From Sphingomonadaceae bacterium (GTDB lineage Bacteria > Pseudomonadota > Alphaproteobacteria > Sphingomonadales > Sphingomonadaceae), in NCBI GenBank assembly GCA_021300355.1, contig JAJTEF010000001.1:2408-66407 (forward strand): a stretch of DNA of 64,000 nucleotides, in the 5' to 3' direction. The notes under the pieces are model-generated. The model had not been told where the DNA came from, made no database searches, and worked only from the letters and a program-made list of their open reading frames with translations. Position 1 is the stretch's first letter; the number at the start of each line of letters is the position of its first letter. A program made the translations under genes and the position numbers. Of this stretch, positions 37,696 through 47,878 are shown one piece after another.

Positions 37696-38607
37696 ATGAC
37701 CACACAACTTGTGCCCGACAGCGAATATACCGGCATTATGAAACTGCTCCCGGCAAAGCTGCGGGGCTTTGCGTTGCTGGCACGCTTTGACCGGCCGATC
37801 GGCTGGTGGTTGCTGTTCTGGCCATGCGTGTTTGGCTTGGGGCTATCGGGCGGGCTGATTGCGCGTTGGGATTTGGCGCTGTGGATGTTGCTTGGCGCTG
37901 TGGCGATGCGCGGCGCGGGCTGTGTCTATAATGATATCATTGATCGTGACTTGGATGCGCAGGTTGCCCGCACGGCACATCGCCCGCTGGCCAGCGGGTT
38001 AATTTCACGCAAAGCGGCATGGGCGTGGCTGATGCTGCTCGCGCTGGTCGGACTGGCGGTTCTGCTGCAGCTGAACCTGAATGCGCAGCTTTTGGCGTTG
38101 GGAAGCCTTCTGCTGGTCGCGGTATATCCATTTATGAAACGCATCACATGGTGGCCCCAACTTTGGCTTGGGCTGGTGTTCAGCTGGGGCGCGTTAGTCG
38201 GCTGGGTCGCAATTGCGGGGCAGGCCGATGTCGCAATGTTCTGGTTGTACGCCGGTACCATATTTTGGGTGGTGGGCTATGACACGATCTATGCCATGCA
38301 GGACCGCGAAGATGACGCGCTGGTGGGGATTAAGTCGAGCGCATTGCGCTTGGGCGGCAGCGTGCGGGCAGGGGTAGCTATATTCTATCTCCTTGCGCTT
38401 TCCGGCTGGGGCATGGCCATATGGAGCGTTCGGCCGGAACAGCAGGCATTGGTCGCGCTTGTGCCCGCTGCCTTTCATTTGGTCATGCAAGTGGCGTCAT
38501 TACAGGCCGATGGTAGCAATGCCCTTGGCCATTTCAGGTCGAACCGCATCACGGGTTTACTCGCGGCGCTCGCATTTTTGGTCGTTGGCGCGGCCGGACG
38601 ATATTAG
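37696..38607 (+). CDS. ubiA: 4-hydroxybenzoate polyprenyltransferase
   Basis: LARFDRPIGWWLL, the Asp-rich motif NDIIDRDLD and a second motif (YAMQDREDD). The start could instead be ATG 37738. Confidence 0.9.
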   Translation: MTTQLVPDSEYTGIMKLLPAKLRGFALLARFDRPIGWWLLFWPCVFGLGLSGGLIARWDLALWMLLGAVAMRGAGCVYNDIIDRDLDAQVARTAHRPLASGLISRKAAWAWLMLLALVGLAVLLQLNLNAQLLALGSLLLVAVYPFMKRITWWPQLWLGLVFSWGALVGWVAIAGQADVAMFWLYAGTIFWVVGYDTIYAMQDREDDALVGIKSSALRLGGSVRAGVAIFYLLALSGWGMAIWSVRPEQQALVALVPAAFHLVMQVASLQADGSNALGHFRSNRITGLLAALAFLVVGAAGRY

Positions 38608-38670
38608 GGGGAGAAGAATATGTAACATCGTCGCATTGGCAAAAGTGCCGTTTACGTCTCAGACATCTGC

Positions 38671-39639
38671 ATGGGGACGATGACATTCGGGTCGCAAACC
38701 GATGAAGCACAGGCGCACCGCATACTCGACCGCTGTTTGGACGCCGGCATCAACTTTTTCGACACCGCCGAAGGCTATCCTGTGCCGCCCGACATCAAAT
38801 GGGTCGGCCGGACAGAGGACATTGTCGGCCGCTGGATGAAGGGCAAGAACCGCGACGCTATCATCATGGCAACCAAAGTTTCGGGCCCAAGCCACACATG
38901 GTTCAAATCGCCAAAGCGCGGCGGGATGACAGCGCTTGATCGTCACAACATCGTGACGGCGGTTGAGGAAAGCCTTCGCCGCTTGCAGACCGATTATATC
39001 GATTTGTACCAAACCCACTGGCCGGACCATGGCACCGCATATGACGAAACGATGGAGGCGCTCGACGATCTGGTCCGCGCCGGAAAAGTCCGCGTTCTGG
39101 GTTGCTCCAACGAAACAAGCTACGGCCTTATGAAGTCGCTTGCGACGTCGGAGCGGTTGGGCACGGCACGCTATCACAGCATCCAGAACAACTTTTCCAT
39201 CAACAACCGCCGGTTCGAAGATGAACTGAAACAAGTTTGCCGCCAGGAAGGCGTGTCGCTGCTCCCTTATTCGCCATTGGGCGGCGGCGTCTTGTCGGGC
39301 AAATATCTGGACGGCGCGCGGCCCGAAGGCGCTCGTTTCTCCCGCTATCTGGAAATGACGGGCGCACGTCAGGCCGAAATGGCGCAACGCTTTGCCGGAC
39401 CACGGGCGCTGGAAAGCACGATGCGGATTGTGGAGATCGCCAAGGAAGCCGGCATGTCGCCGGTCACGCTGGCGACCGCATGGTCAAAGCAACATGACTT
39501 TGTCGCGTCGACGATTGTGGGCGTCAGCACCGAGGATCAGTTGGACGATATTTTCGCCGCGATTGACCTGAAACTCAGCGACGAAGTGATGACCGCCATT
39601 CACAAGGTGACGAGAGAAATCCTGTACCCGATGGGGTGA
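38671..39639 (+). CDS. Aldo-keto reductase (Tas/YajO-like), N-terminally compromised
   Basis: AKR sequence throughout (GINFFDTAEGYPVPP, LQTDYIDLYQTHWPD). Homology continues upstream in frame (HRRIGKSAVYVSDIC) back to ATG-TAA at 38620..38625, which has a strong SD. Confidence 0.8.
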   Translation: MGTMTFGSQTDEAQAHRILDRCLDAGINFFDTAEGYPVPPDIKWVGRTEDIVGRWMKGKNRDAIIMATKVSGPSHTWFKSPKRGGMTALDRHNIVTAVEESLRRLQTDYIDLYQTHWPDHGTAYDETMEALDDLVRAGKVRVLGCSNETSYGLMKSLATSERLGTARYHSIQNNFSINNRRFEDELKQVCRQEGVSLLPYSPLGGGVLSGKYLDGARPEGARFSRYLEMTGARQAEMAQRFAGPRALESTMRIVEIAKEAGMSPVTLATAWSKQHDFVASTIVGVSTEDQLDDIFAAIDLKLSDEVMTAIHKVTREILYPMG

Positions 39640-39654
39640 GGTCACTCGCTGGCG

Positions 39655-41118
39655 TCAACCCAAAATCTCCGCCTGTGCGTAGCCCAAAGCTTCGCCCAGT
39701 GCCTGCAAACGGCGCTGCACGCTGTTGGACTGTAATCGCACGGCGGAGCCGGTGAGGTGCAGGCGTAACGTTGCGCCGTCGCCGTCAATGCGGCTGTCGG
39801 CCAGCGCGCCGCCGGTGCCGCCGTCAAGCCGGTGGGCCAAACGGATGGCGAGGCCCCAGATCACCGCTTGCGCGAGTGCGCCGGGCGTGGCCAATGCCGT
39901 GAGCATTTCGGGCAAGGTCCGCTTTCCGGCATGCACCGTCCACAAAGCGGCGGCTATCACCGCGCGGTCGCTTGCGTTCACGCCGGGCCAGCTGCCGTCC
40001 AATGCCAGATCGAGCGCGTGGTCTGCGCGATATTCGGGGTTTGCGTTCCACACGCTGTCGGACAGCAAACAGGCCGCCCGGCACAGCCGCGCATCATTGG
40101 GGCTTTGTCCGGCGAACACAGGCGCAATCCATTGCGCCAACGCGTCCCCATGAAAGGGAAACCGCCCCAGCCGTTCGCCTTCAAAACGCGCGGCGGCGAT
40201 AAGCGGGTCGTCTTGGCGCGCGGCGGGGGTCAGCTGTTCAAACAACAATCCCTCACGCAGGCCATAGATGCTGGTGATAAGCTTACTTGGTTTCAGCAGG
40301 CCCAATATGCCAGCGAGCAACGCATTCGCCCCCGGCAGCGCCGAAATGCGGCCTATGGCAACGACATTGGAGCGGGCTAAGGCGTCCTTGTCGTTCACCA
40401 TCGCCATCATCATGTCGGGTGCGTCGGCGGGCATTTCATAATTGGACAGGATGGTCAGTGGATATCCGATGTGGTGCATGTGCAGCCGTGCGAATGTCCG
40501 CCACGATCCGCCGATAATATAAAATGGTAGACCGGTTTCGATGGGGAATTCCGCTTTACCGACCGCTTTGGCAATATCGTCGCGCAGCATCTGGCTAATC
40601 TGCTTGGTCGTTTTGCCCTTCAATATATCATGCCGCAATGTGCCCAGCGGCAGGGACACGCGCGTGCCCAGTTTGCCGTCGGCTATGCGAATAAGCTCAA
40701 GACTGCCGCCGCCAAGATCGCCAACATAGCCATTGGCATGTGGGTTGTCGCTTAATATGCCGAACCCGGCCGCGGTTGCCTCCGCATCGCCGTCCAGCAC
40801 CTCCACATGGATGCCGAGCGCTGCTGCTTTTGCGACCAGCTCATGGCCATTTTTGGCTTCGCGTGTTGCGGCGGTGGCGACCACGCGCATCGTGTCGACC
40901 TTCATCGCCTGTGCCAGCGTTTCAAAGCGCGCCAATGCGGCCAGCGCTTTTTCCATCGTGGCTTTATCGATGACGCCATCGCCCGCGAGGCAGGCGCCAA
41001 GCTTTACGCGGCTTTTTTCATTGTAAATCGGCAGCGGCGCGCGCGGCAGGCCAGCGTAAACGACCAGTCGTACAGTGTTGGAGCCAATATCAATGACGGC
41101 CTGACGCACCGCCTTCAT
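39655..41118 (-). CDS. ppx: Exopolyphosphatase (Ppx/GppA family)
   Basis: AVIDIGSNTVRLVVY and DLGGGSLE ASKHA-fold motifs. The start overlaps the ppk stop by 4 nt. Confidence 0.9.
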   Translation of the reverse strand: MKAVRQAVIDIGSNTVRLVVYAGLPRAPLPIYNEKSRVKLGACLAGDGVIDKATMEKALAALARFETLAQAMKVDTMRVVATAATREAKNGHELVAKAAALGIHVEVLDGDAEATAAGFGILSDNPHANGYVGDLGGGSLELIRIADGKLGTRVSLPLGTLRHDILKGKTTKQISQMLRDDIAKAVGKAEFPIETGLPFYIIGGSWRTFARLHMHHIGYPLTILSNYEMPADAPDMMMAMVNDKDALARSNVVAIGRISALPGANALLAGILGLLKPSKLITSIYGLREGLLFEQLTPAARQDDPLIAAARFEGERLGRFPFHGDALAQWIAPVFAGQSPNDARLCRAACLLSDSVWNANPEYRADHALDLALDGSWPGVNASDRAVIAAALWTVHAGKRTLPEMLTALATPGALAQAVIWGLAIRLAHRLDGGTGGALADSRIDGDGATLRLHLTGSAVRLQSNSVQRRLQALGEALGYAQAEILG

Positions 41119-43265
41119 CTTTGTCGGATGAGGCGCAGCGTTGGAACCTTCTTGTCATCTGCAAGCGCGCCTCCGCGTCCGGATAATGACGCGTTGGTCA
41201 TGAAATAATGGTGCAAATTGAAAGGCATGGTTCCTGCTTTGAGTCGCTCATATCGGCCGTCTGACCGCAGCATCCAGCTTTGCTGGTTGTCGAGCAGGTT
41301 TGCAACCATAACCTGATCCAGAATCTGGTCATGCACGGTCGGGTTTTCAATCGGTAGCATATATTCGACACGGCGGTCGAAATTGCGCGACATCCAGTCC
41401 GCCGACGAGATGAACACTTTGGCGTCCCGATTGGGAAGGTCCGCGCCATTGCCCATCGCCCAAATGCGGCTGTGCTCCAGGAAGCGTCCAACCACCGATT
41501 TTACGCGGATGCGCGAAGACATGCCCTTCACCCCGGGACGCAGGCAGCAAATGCCGCGCACGATCAGGTCAATTTCCACGCCCGCTCCGCCCGCTTCGTA
41601 CAATTTGTCGATCACGGCCTTGTCGACCAACGAGTTCAGCTTTGCCCAGACAGCGCCCGACCGCCCCGCCGCAACATGCGCGATTTCGTCATCGATCAGC
41701 GACATGATTTTTTCGCGCAGGCCAAGCGGGCTCATCGTCAAAAGCTTCAGTTCTGTCGGCGGGATATAGCCGGTGATATAATTGAAAATCTGCCCCGCAT
41801 CATGCCCGACGCGCGGGTCCGCGGTGAAGAAGCTGATGTCGGTATAGACCTTGGCCGTGATGGGGTGGTAATTGCCCGTGCCCAAATGGCAATAGGTCCG
41901 GAAACCGTCCGCCTCGCGCCGCACGACCAGCGAAATTTTGGCGTGGGTTTTCATGTCGACAAAGCCGTAGACGACCTGAACACCCGAATTTTCCAGCTGC
42001 GAAGCCCAGTGCAAATTCTGCTCTTCGTCAAATCGCGCCTTCAGCTCGACAATGGCGGTGACGGATTTGCCCGCATCGGCCGCTTCACACAACGCGCGAA
42101 TGACCGCGGACTGCTTGCCTGCACGGTATAATGTCTGCTTGATCGCAACGACATCTGGATCAACCGCCGCTTGCTGCAAGAATGCGAGCACCGCGTCGAA
42201 GCTTTCATAGGGGTGATGGACGACGATGTCTTTTTGGCGGATCGCGGCAAAGCAGTCACCATCATGTTCCAAAATGCGTTCGGGAAAGCGCGGCGAATAT
42301 GGCGGGAATTTCAACGTTGGCCGATCTTCATCCACCAATTGCCCAAGGTCGCCGATGCCCAAGAAACCGACAGTTTCGACGACGATGGATGCGCCAGCGC
42401 CAAGCTCTGACCGGATTAAGGTCGCCAATTCCGCGGGCAGCCCTTTTTCCAGTTTTAGCCGGATAATCCGGCCACGGCGGCGGCGTTTGATCGCGCTGCG
42501 GAAATAGCGCACAAGATCTTCGGCCTCTTCCTCAACCTCAATATCGCTATCACGGATAACGCGGAAGGCACCGGCCGCGACGAGCAGATAGTCCGGAAAC
42601 ATCTGCCCGACAAAATGCTTAATCAACGCCTCGATCGTAACAAAGCGCGTGCCGGGGCCGGGCAACCGGATGAAGCGCGCCAACGATTGCGGGATCATCA
42701 CCAACTGGCGCACGACTTCGCCATCGTTTTTCCGGCGCATATCGAAAATCAGGCTGATACCCTGATTGGGAATGAACGGAAACGGGTGGGCGGGATCCAG
42801 CGCTTGCGGGGTTAGAACCGGAAGAATCTGTTCCTCAAAATATGTGCCGACCGCAGCTTGAAGTTGTTTGCCAAGGGCGGATGGTTGAACGACCTTAATG
42901 CCCTCGGCAGATAGCTCGCGCATCAATTTGCGCCACAGCTTTTGCTGCTGGATCATCAACCGGTCTGCGGCGGCAACGGTTGCGGTCAGCTGTTCAGACG
43001 GGGTGCGGCCGTCGATTGACAGTTCTTCAATTTTTCGTTGCTGTTGGCCGCGCAAGCCAGCCACGCGGACCATGAAAAATTCGTCAAGGTTCGTGCCGGA
43101 AATCGACAGAAAGCGCAGCCGTTCAAGCAGCGGGTGCGCCGGATTTGACGCTTCTTCCAGCACGCGTTCGTTGAATTTGAGCCAAGATAATTCGCGGTTA
43201 AAATAGCGCGCGTCCTCAGGCGTTTTCAAGGGCTTCACTTTGCTTGAACCGGGCGCGGGCTTCAC
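41115..43265 (-). CDS. ppk1: Polyphosphate kinase 1
   Basis: YFNRELSWLKFNERVLEEA N-terminus and PLD-like HKD-type domains (THAKISLV). 716 aa. Confidence 0.95.
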   Translation of the reverse strand: MKPAPGSSKVKPLKTPEDARYFNRELSWLKFNERVLEEASNPAHPLLERLRFLSISGTNLDEFFMVRVAGLRGQQQRKIEELSIDGRTPSEQLTATVAAADRLMIQQQKLWRKLMRELSAEGIKVVQPSALGKQLQAAVGTYFEEQILPVLTPQALDPAHPFPFIPNQGISLIFDMRRKNDGEVVRQLVMIPQSLARFIRLPGPGTRFVTIEALIKHFVGQMFPDYLLVAAGAFRVIRDSDIEVEEEAEDLVRYFRSAIKRRRRGRIIRLKLEKGLPAELATLIRSELGAGASIVVETVGFLGIGDLGQLVDEDRPTLKFPPYSPRFPERILEHDGDCFAAIRQKDIVVHHPYESFDAVLAFLQQAAVDPDVVAIKQTLYRAGKQSAVIRALCEAADAGKSVTAIVELKARFDEEQNLHWASQLENSGVQVVYGFVDMKTHAKISLVVRREADGFRTYCHLGTGNYHPITAKVYTDISFFTADPRVGHDAGQIFNYITGYIPPTELKLLTMSPLGLREKIMSLIDDEIAHVAAGRSGAVWAKLNSLVDKAVIDKLYEAGGAGVEIDLIVRGICCLRPGVKGMSSRIRVKSVVGRFLEHSRIWAMGNGADLPNRDAKVFISSADWMSRNFDRRVEYMLPIENPTVHDQILDQVMVANLLDNQQSWMLRSDGRYERLKAGTMPFNLHHYFMTNASLSGRGGALADDKKVPTLRLIRQR

Positions 43266-43353
43266 GAAAAATTATCCTTTTTAAATATCTATCGCGGCGA
43301 ATTGCCATGAAAACATGACATATTTACGGCACCGATTTCCGCGGTTGCACATG

Positions 43354-43382
43354 CTGTAACAGTATTGTCGCCAAATTGTCAT
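43354..43382 (+). promoter_or_regulatory. Pho-box-like element: three 7-bp direct repeats phased at 11 bp
   Basis: CTGTAAC-agta-TTGTCGC-caaa-TTGTCAT. Compare the E. coli PhoB box, CTGTCAT-N4-CTGTCAT. It lies in the ppk1 / TonB-receptor divergent intergenic region, 86 nt upstream of the receptor ATG. Confidence 0.5.
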
Positions 43383-43467
43383 CGTCCATATGCCGACGGG
43401 TCACAAGCCCCGCCTAATGCGCGACATAATGTTTAACATTGTTTGACGGTTATTGAGGGGCAAATAT

Positions 43468-46287
43468 ATGCAAAGTCGGTTCACGAATTCGCGCGCTTTC
43501 GTTCGTAGCGCCATGCTGTGCAGCGCTGCGGTGCTCGCAATTTTCCCAGTTGCAGCCATGGCGCAGGGGGCGCCAGCGGCAGATGCAGCAGATGGTGACG
43601 CGATCGTCGTCACAGGTTCACGACCAATTGCGGAATCAGAAGCGGCCGCTTTACAGGTGCAGAAAAATTCAGACTCCTTAGTGAGCGTTGTGTCTTCTGA
43701 CGCGGCTGGCCGTCTTCCTGACCAAAACATCGCGCAGGCGACGGGCCGTCTTCCCGGTGTCGCTGTTGAACGTGACCAAGGACAGGCCCGTTATATCAGC
43801 ATCCGCGGCGCGCCGAACTATTGGACCACATTGTCGTTCGACGGTATCAACGTCGTCAGCCCTGAAGGCCGCGACGCGCGGTTTGACTCCATTCCTTCGG
43901 CAATTGCGGCGCAAATTATCGTGTCAAAGGCTGTCACGCCAGACATGCCGGGCGAAACCGTGTCGGGTAACGTCAATGTCATCACGCGTTCGGCGTTCGA
44001 TTATGAAGGGTTCCATTTTGCAGGCAAGGCTGGGTATGGCATTGCCGAGCTTGGCAACCGCCCGCAATATGAAGGATCGGCTGTCGTTTCGACGCGGGTC
44101 CCCGCTGGTGAAGGTGAAATCGGCGTACTGGTATCGGGCAGCTATTATCAGCGCGCTATGATAACGGACAATTTCGAGACGGATTACGAACGGGTGTCGC
44201 AGGATCAGCGTCCCGATTCGCTCAGCCGGTTCTGGGCACAGGAAACGGAAAACAAGCTGTATCGTTTGACACGCCGCAACTGGTCGCTCTCGGGCCGACT
44301 GGATTGGAAGCCGAATGCCGACAACAGCATTTCGCTGCGTTCAATTTACACCACCTTCACCGACGATGAAATGCGGGACAATTTCCGCTTCGACCTTGAT
44401 GACCGTCAGGGTGATTTGGTGGCCAATACTGCCGCGTGCGGAACGGCGGTAAACCCAACGCCAACCACGACGGGCTATGCCGATGTCTGCATTGGAAATA
44501 CACCGTTCCAAGGCACCATTTATGGCATCGACATTCGCCAGCGCTCAACGCTTCGTGCGTTTGAACAGTCGATTTTTACTAACACCATCGAAGGTACGCA
44601 TGAATTTGGTGATGGCTGGAAATTCAACTGGCTTGGCAATTATACAGAATCAAAGGACGATCGTTCGGTTGTTGGCGAAACAACTTGGGATAGCCCAAGC
44701 ACACGTAACCTGCGTCCAACGGTTGCCTATGACTTCACGGACCCGAATCTTGCCCGTTTGCGGTTATTCACCACGGTCCAGCTGAGCAGCCCAACGCGTT
44801 ATGAGGCGGGTACACCCCTTACCGACATCGACAGCTTTACCAAGCCGCTGGCGTCGATGAATATACTCGACGCTGTGGACACCACAAAGGCCTATACCGC
44901 GAAGTTCGTTGTTTCGCGCGAAACCGAATTTTTGGGCGGAGACGCAGTGTTGAAGGCTGGCTTCCAGTTTGATCAGCGCACCAAAACCGTTGATGAAAGC
45001 AGCATGGCGCTCAATAACGCAACGCAATTTGCGACCATCGGAATATCGACGAGCTATAATGGTTTCAGCCTTGATACACCGTTCAAGGGCAAGATACCGA
45101 TGGGCTATACCTTCCGCTATTTCGACGCGGATAAAATGCGTGCAGCAAGTGACGCCGCACGTACCAATTTTACCTTCACGCCCGCGCTCGGAAATATCTA
45201 CGATGTTCAGGAAGAGGTTATGGCCGCCTACCTGATGGGCACAGTTCGCTACGACTGGGGTTCAGCCGTGGGTGGTGCGCGTATTGAACGTGTGAAGAAC
45301 AGCGGCACCGCGGTCGCGACGGTTGGTACGGTCACTGGGCCTGTAACCGCTGAAAATACCGGAACGCTTGTATTCCCGAGCATGCATCTCAATTTCGACG
45401 TCGACACCGACAAGAAACTGCGCATTGGCTTTACCAGCGGCGCTGCACGCGCGGATTATGATCAGCTGCGTCCCAATGTTGTGGTCGATGACAGCAACCA
45501 ACGCATCTCGGGCGGTAACCCCGGCGTTAAGCCAGAGCGTTCGTATGGCGTCGATGCGTATTATGAATATTATGTCCAGCCACAGGGCTATTTCATGATC
45601 GGTGCCTTCTACAAAAAGGTAGAGGACGTATTGTACACGTCGCGTAGCACATTTGGTTCAAACGCGCTCGACAGCAATGGCGTTGATCGTTCGGCTTACG
45701 CGTTCAGCGGTATCACCAACGGCGGTTCAGGTAGCGTACGCGGTGTGGAAGCCGCTGCGCAGTTCCAGTTGGAGCCTTATGTGAGCGACCTTGGTTTGCC
45801 CGATTGGATGGGTGGCTTCGGCATCACCGCCAACGCCACGTACAATGACAGCGAAGTGACGAAGCCCGCCATATTGGATGCGGCCGGTGCCACCATCTCG
45901 CCCGAGCGTAAGGTGCCACTGCCCGGCACTTCAGAAGTCGTATATAATGTCGGCGCTTATTATGAGAAATATGGCCTGTCGGTGCGTTTGCAGTACCAAA
46001 ACCGGACCGCTTGGGCAGATGGTTTTGCCGACAATCTCGATAGCGCAGGCGATACCTATTGGGCAAAAGATGATGAGCTTGATTTTTCGGCACGATATGA
46101 AATTTCGAATGGCATCGAAATCTATTTTGATGCTGCGAACTTGCTGAACAATCCTGGCCGTCGCTATTCCGACCCGTCGAATATCCTGAATGCGCAGGGC
46201 GTTTCGACCCCGTTCACCAACCGGTATACGATTGAATGGGAACGTTTCGGTCGCCGCTATTCAGGTGGTATTCGCGTAAACTTCTAA
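43468..46287 (+). CDS. TonB-dependent outer-membrane receptor
   Basis: Signal peptide, TonB-box-like DAIVVTGSR, plug domain, a long beta-barrel and a terminal aromatic residue (RVNF). The ATG at 43468 is preceded by the GAGGGG SD. Confidence 0.9.
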   Translation: MQSRFTNSRAFVRSAMLCSAAVLAIFPVAAMAQGAPAADAADGDAIVVTGSRPIAESEAAALQVQKNSDSLVSVVSSDAAGRLPDQNIAQATGRLPGVAVERDQGQARYISIRGAPNYWTTLSFDGINVVSPEGRDARFDSIPSAIAAQIIVSKAVTPDMPGETVSGNVNVITRSAFDYEGFHFAGKAGYGIAELGNRPQYEGSAVVSTRVPAGEGEIGVLVSGSYYQRAMITDNFETDYERVSQDQRPDSLSRFWAQETENKLYRLTRRNWSLSGRLDWKPNADNSISLRSIYTTFTDDEMRDNFRFDLDDRQGDLVANTAACGTAVNPTPTTTGYADVCIGNTPFQGTIYGIDIRQRSTLRAFEQSIFTNTIEGTHEFGDGWKFNWLGNYTESKDDRSVVGETTWDSPSTRNLRPTVAYDFTDPNLARLRLFTTVQLSSPTRYEAGTPLTDIDSFTKPLASMNILDAVDTTKAYTAKFVVSRETEFLGGDAVLKAGFQFDQRTKTVDESSMALNNATQFATIGISTSYNGFSLDTPFKGKIPMGYTFRYFDADKMRAASDAARTNFTFTPALGNIYDVQEEVMAAYLMGTVRYDWGSAVGGARIERVKNSGTAVATVGTVTGPVTAENTGTLVFPSMHLNFDVDTDKKLRIGFTSGAARADYDQLRPNVVVDDSNQRISGGNPGVKPERSYGVDAYYEYYVQPQGYFMIGAFYKKVEDVLYTSRSTFGSNALDSNGVDRSAYAFSGITNGGSGSVRGVEAAAQFQLEPYVSDLGLPDWMGGFGITANATYNDSEVTKPAILDAAGATISPERKVPLPGTSEVVYNVGAYYEKYGLSVRLQYQNRTAWADGFADNLDSAGDTYWAKDDELDFSARYEISNGIEIYFDAANLLNNPGRRYSDPSNILNAQGVSTPFTNRYTIEWERFGRRYSGGIRVNF

Positions 46288-47327
46288 TGCGTGATTTCCG
46301 CGTCTTGTCGGTCCTCCTCCTCGCCGGTTGCGCTTCGCCGCAGCCGGCGATGAGCCCGCTTTCGACGGCATCGGTCAGCGCAAGGCTGGAAACGCAGCCC
46401 GTTGCGAGCCTGGACGATGCGGCCGATGATCCGGCAATTTGGCGGAACCCAGCGAAACCAGAGCAAAGCCTGATTATCGGCACCGATAAGCGTGCGGGCA
46501 TTCATGTCTATGATGTGCAAGGCCGTCAGGTTAGCTTTACGCCGTCGCCACGCCTCAACAATGTCGATCTGCGCGATGTCGGGGGCAGCATTGGTGTGCT
46601 CGTCGCCGCCAGCGACCGTCAGGACCTTGCGCAGGCACAGATGGCGATGTTCCGGCTGGATACCGATACCAAAGGCTTGGTCCCGTTGGGTTCGATAGCC
46701 GTCGGTGCGGGCGAAGCCTATGGCATGTGCCTGTGGCAGCGCGCCAGTGACAAGGCGCTGTTCGGATTTGTCGTTCTGAAAGATGGTCGCATCGACCAAA
46801 TCGCGATTGACACCAACGCCGCTGTCCCGACCGGAAAGCGTGTGCGCAGCCTGAAGCTTGGAACGCAGTCCGAGGGCTGTGTGGTCGATGACCGAACCGG
46901 CATATTATATGTTGCCGAAGAAGATGTCGGCCTGTGGCAATTTGATGCGTCGCCAGACGGGTCCTCGATACCCACCGCAATTGCCAAAGCCGATGGCAAC
47001 GAAATCGTCATGGATGCAGAAGGCGTTGCCTTAGCACCATCTGGCAGTGATAGCGGTTATGTCGTCGTTTCGAGCCAAGGCGATAATGCTTATGCTGTCT
47101 ATAAACTTCCCGAAGCAAAATATGTCGGCCGCTTTCGCATTAACGACGGCAAAGTCGACGGCGTGCAAGAAACCGACGGTATCGAACTGATGCTGGGTGA
47201 TTTTGGACCTGATTTCCCCGGCGGGCTTTTGGTTGTTCAGGATGGGGACAATCGCCCGTCCACGCAGAATTTCAAGCTGGTCAGTTGGGCAGATGTGGTC
47301 GCGGCGCTGGGCTGGGCAAAACACTAG
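46287..47327 (+). CDS. Beta-propeller phytase (3-phytase) lipoprotein
   Basis: Lipobox LLLAGC, then DDAADDPAIWRNP...IGTDKRAGIHVYD, typical of BPP phytases. The start overlaps the receptor stop (TAATG). Confidence 0.85.
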   Translation: MRDFRVLSVLLLAGCASPQPAMSPLSTASVSARLETQPVASLDDAADDPAIWRNPAKPEQSLIIGTDKRAGIHVYDVQGRQVSFTPSPRLNNVDLRDVGGSIGVLVAASDRQDLAQAQMAMFRLDTDTKGLVPLGSIAVGAGEAYGMCLWQRASDKALFGFVVLKDGRIDQIAIDTNAAVPTGKRVRSLKLGTQSEGCVVDDRTGILYVAEEDVGLWQFDASPDGSSIPTAIAKADGNEIVMDAEGVALAPSGSDSGYVVVSSQGDNAYAVYKLPEAKYVGRFRINDGKVDGVQETDGIELMLGDFGPDFPGGLLVVQDGDNRPSTQNFKLVSWADVVAALGWAKH

Positions 47328-47362
47328 GTTGCAATAGTCGTCTGTCGGGTTAATTGCGGGCC

Positions 47363-47800
47363 ATGGCAAAAATCTGGTTTGACGACGCACTTGATCTCAA
47401 TTCGCTCACTGAAAATGGTGGTGATTGCATGCCCGGCTATGTCGGCATCCGGTTCATTGATTATGGCGACGACTGGATCAAGGCCAGCATGCCCGTCAAT
47501 GAACGCACCAAGCAACCTTATGGCCGATTGCATGGCGGCGCGTCTGTTGTGCTGGCCGAAACGGTCGGATCGGTTGGCGCGGCGATGACCGTCGACCGCA
47601 GCAAATTTGCGACCGTGGGTATGGAAATCAACGCGAACCATATTCGTCCGGCAAAAGACGGTCTGGTTTTTGCAACGGGAAAGGCCGAATCCATTGGCCG
47701 GACAACGCAAATCTGGTCCATCCGCATTGAGGATGAGGCCGGAAAGCTGGTGTGCATTTCACGGATTACGATGGCCGTCATTTCCACCGAACGCGCCTAA
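47363..47800 (+). CDS. PaaI/YbdB-type hotdog thioesterase
   Basis: NERTKQPYGRLHGGASVVLAETVGS matches the PaaI-family signature (HGG...E). Confidence 0.8.
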   Translation: MAKIWFDDALDLNSLTENGGDCMPGYVGIRFIDYGDDWIKASMPVNERTKQPYGRLHGGASVVLAETVGSVGAAMTVDRSKFATVGMEINANHIRPAKDGLVFATGKAESIGRTTQIWSIRIEDEAGKLVCISRITMAVISTERA

Positions 47801-47878
47801 AATCTTGCGTTTCGGGCCGATGGCGTCCACGGGTAAAAGATAGATGACACCGTTAGACAGAATTTGGGGTGCAGGCGA

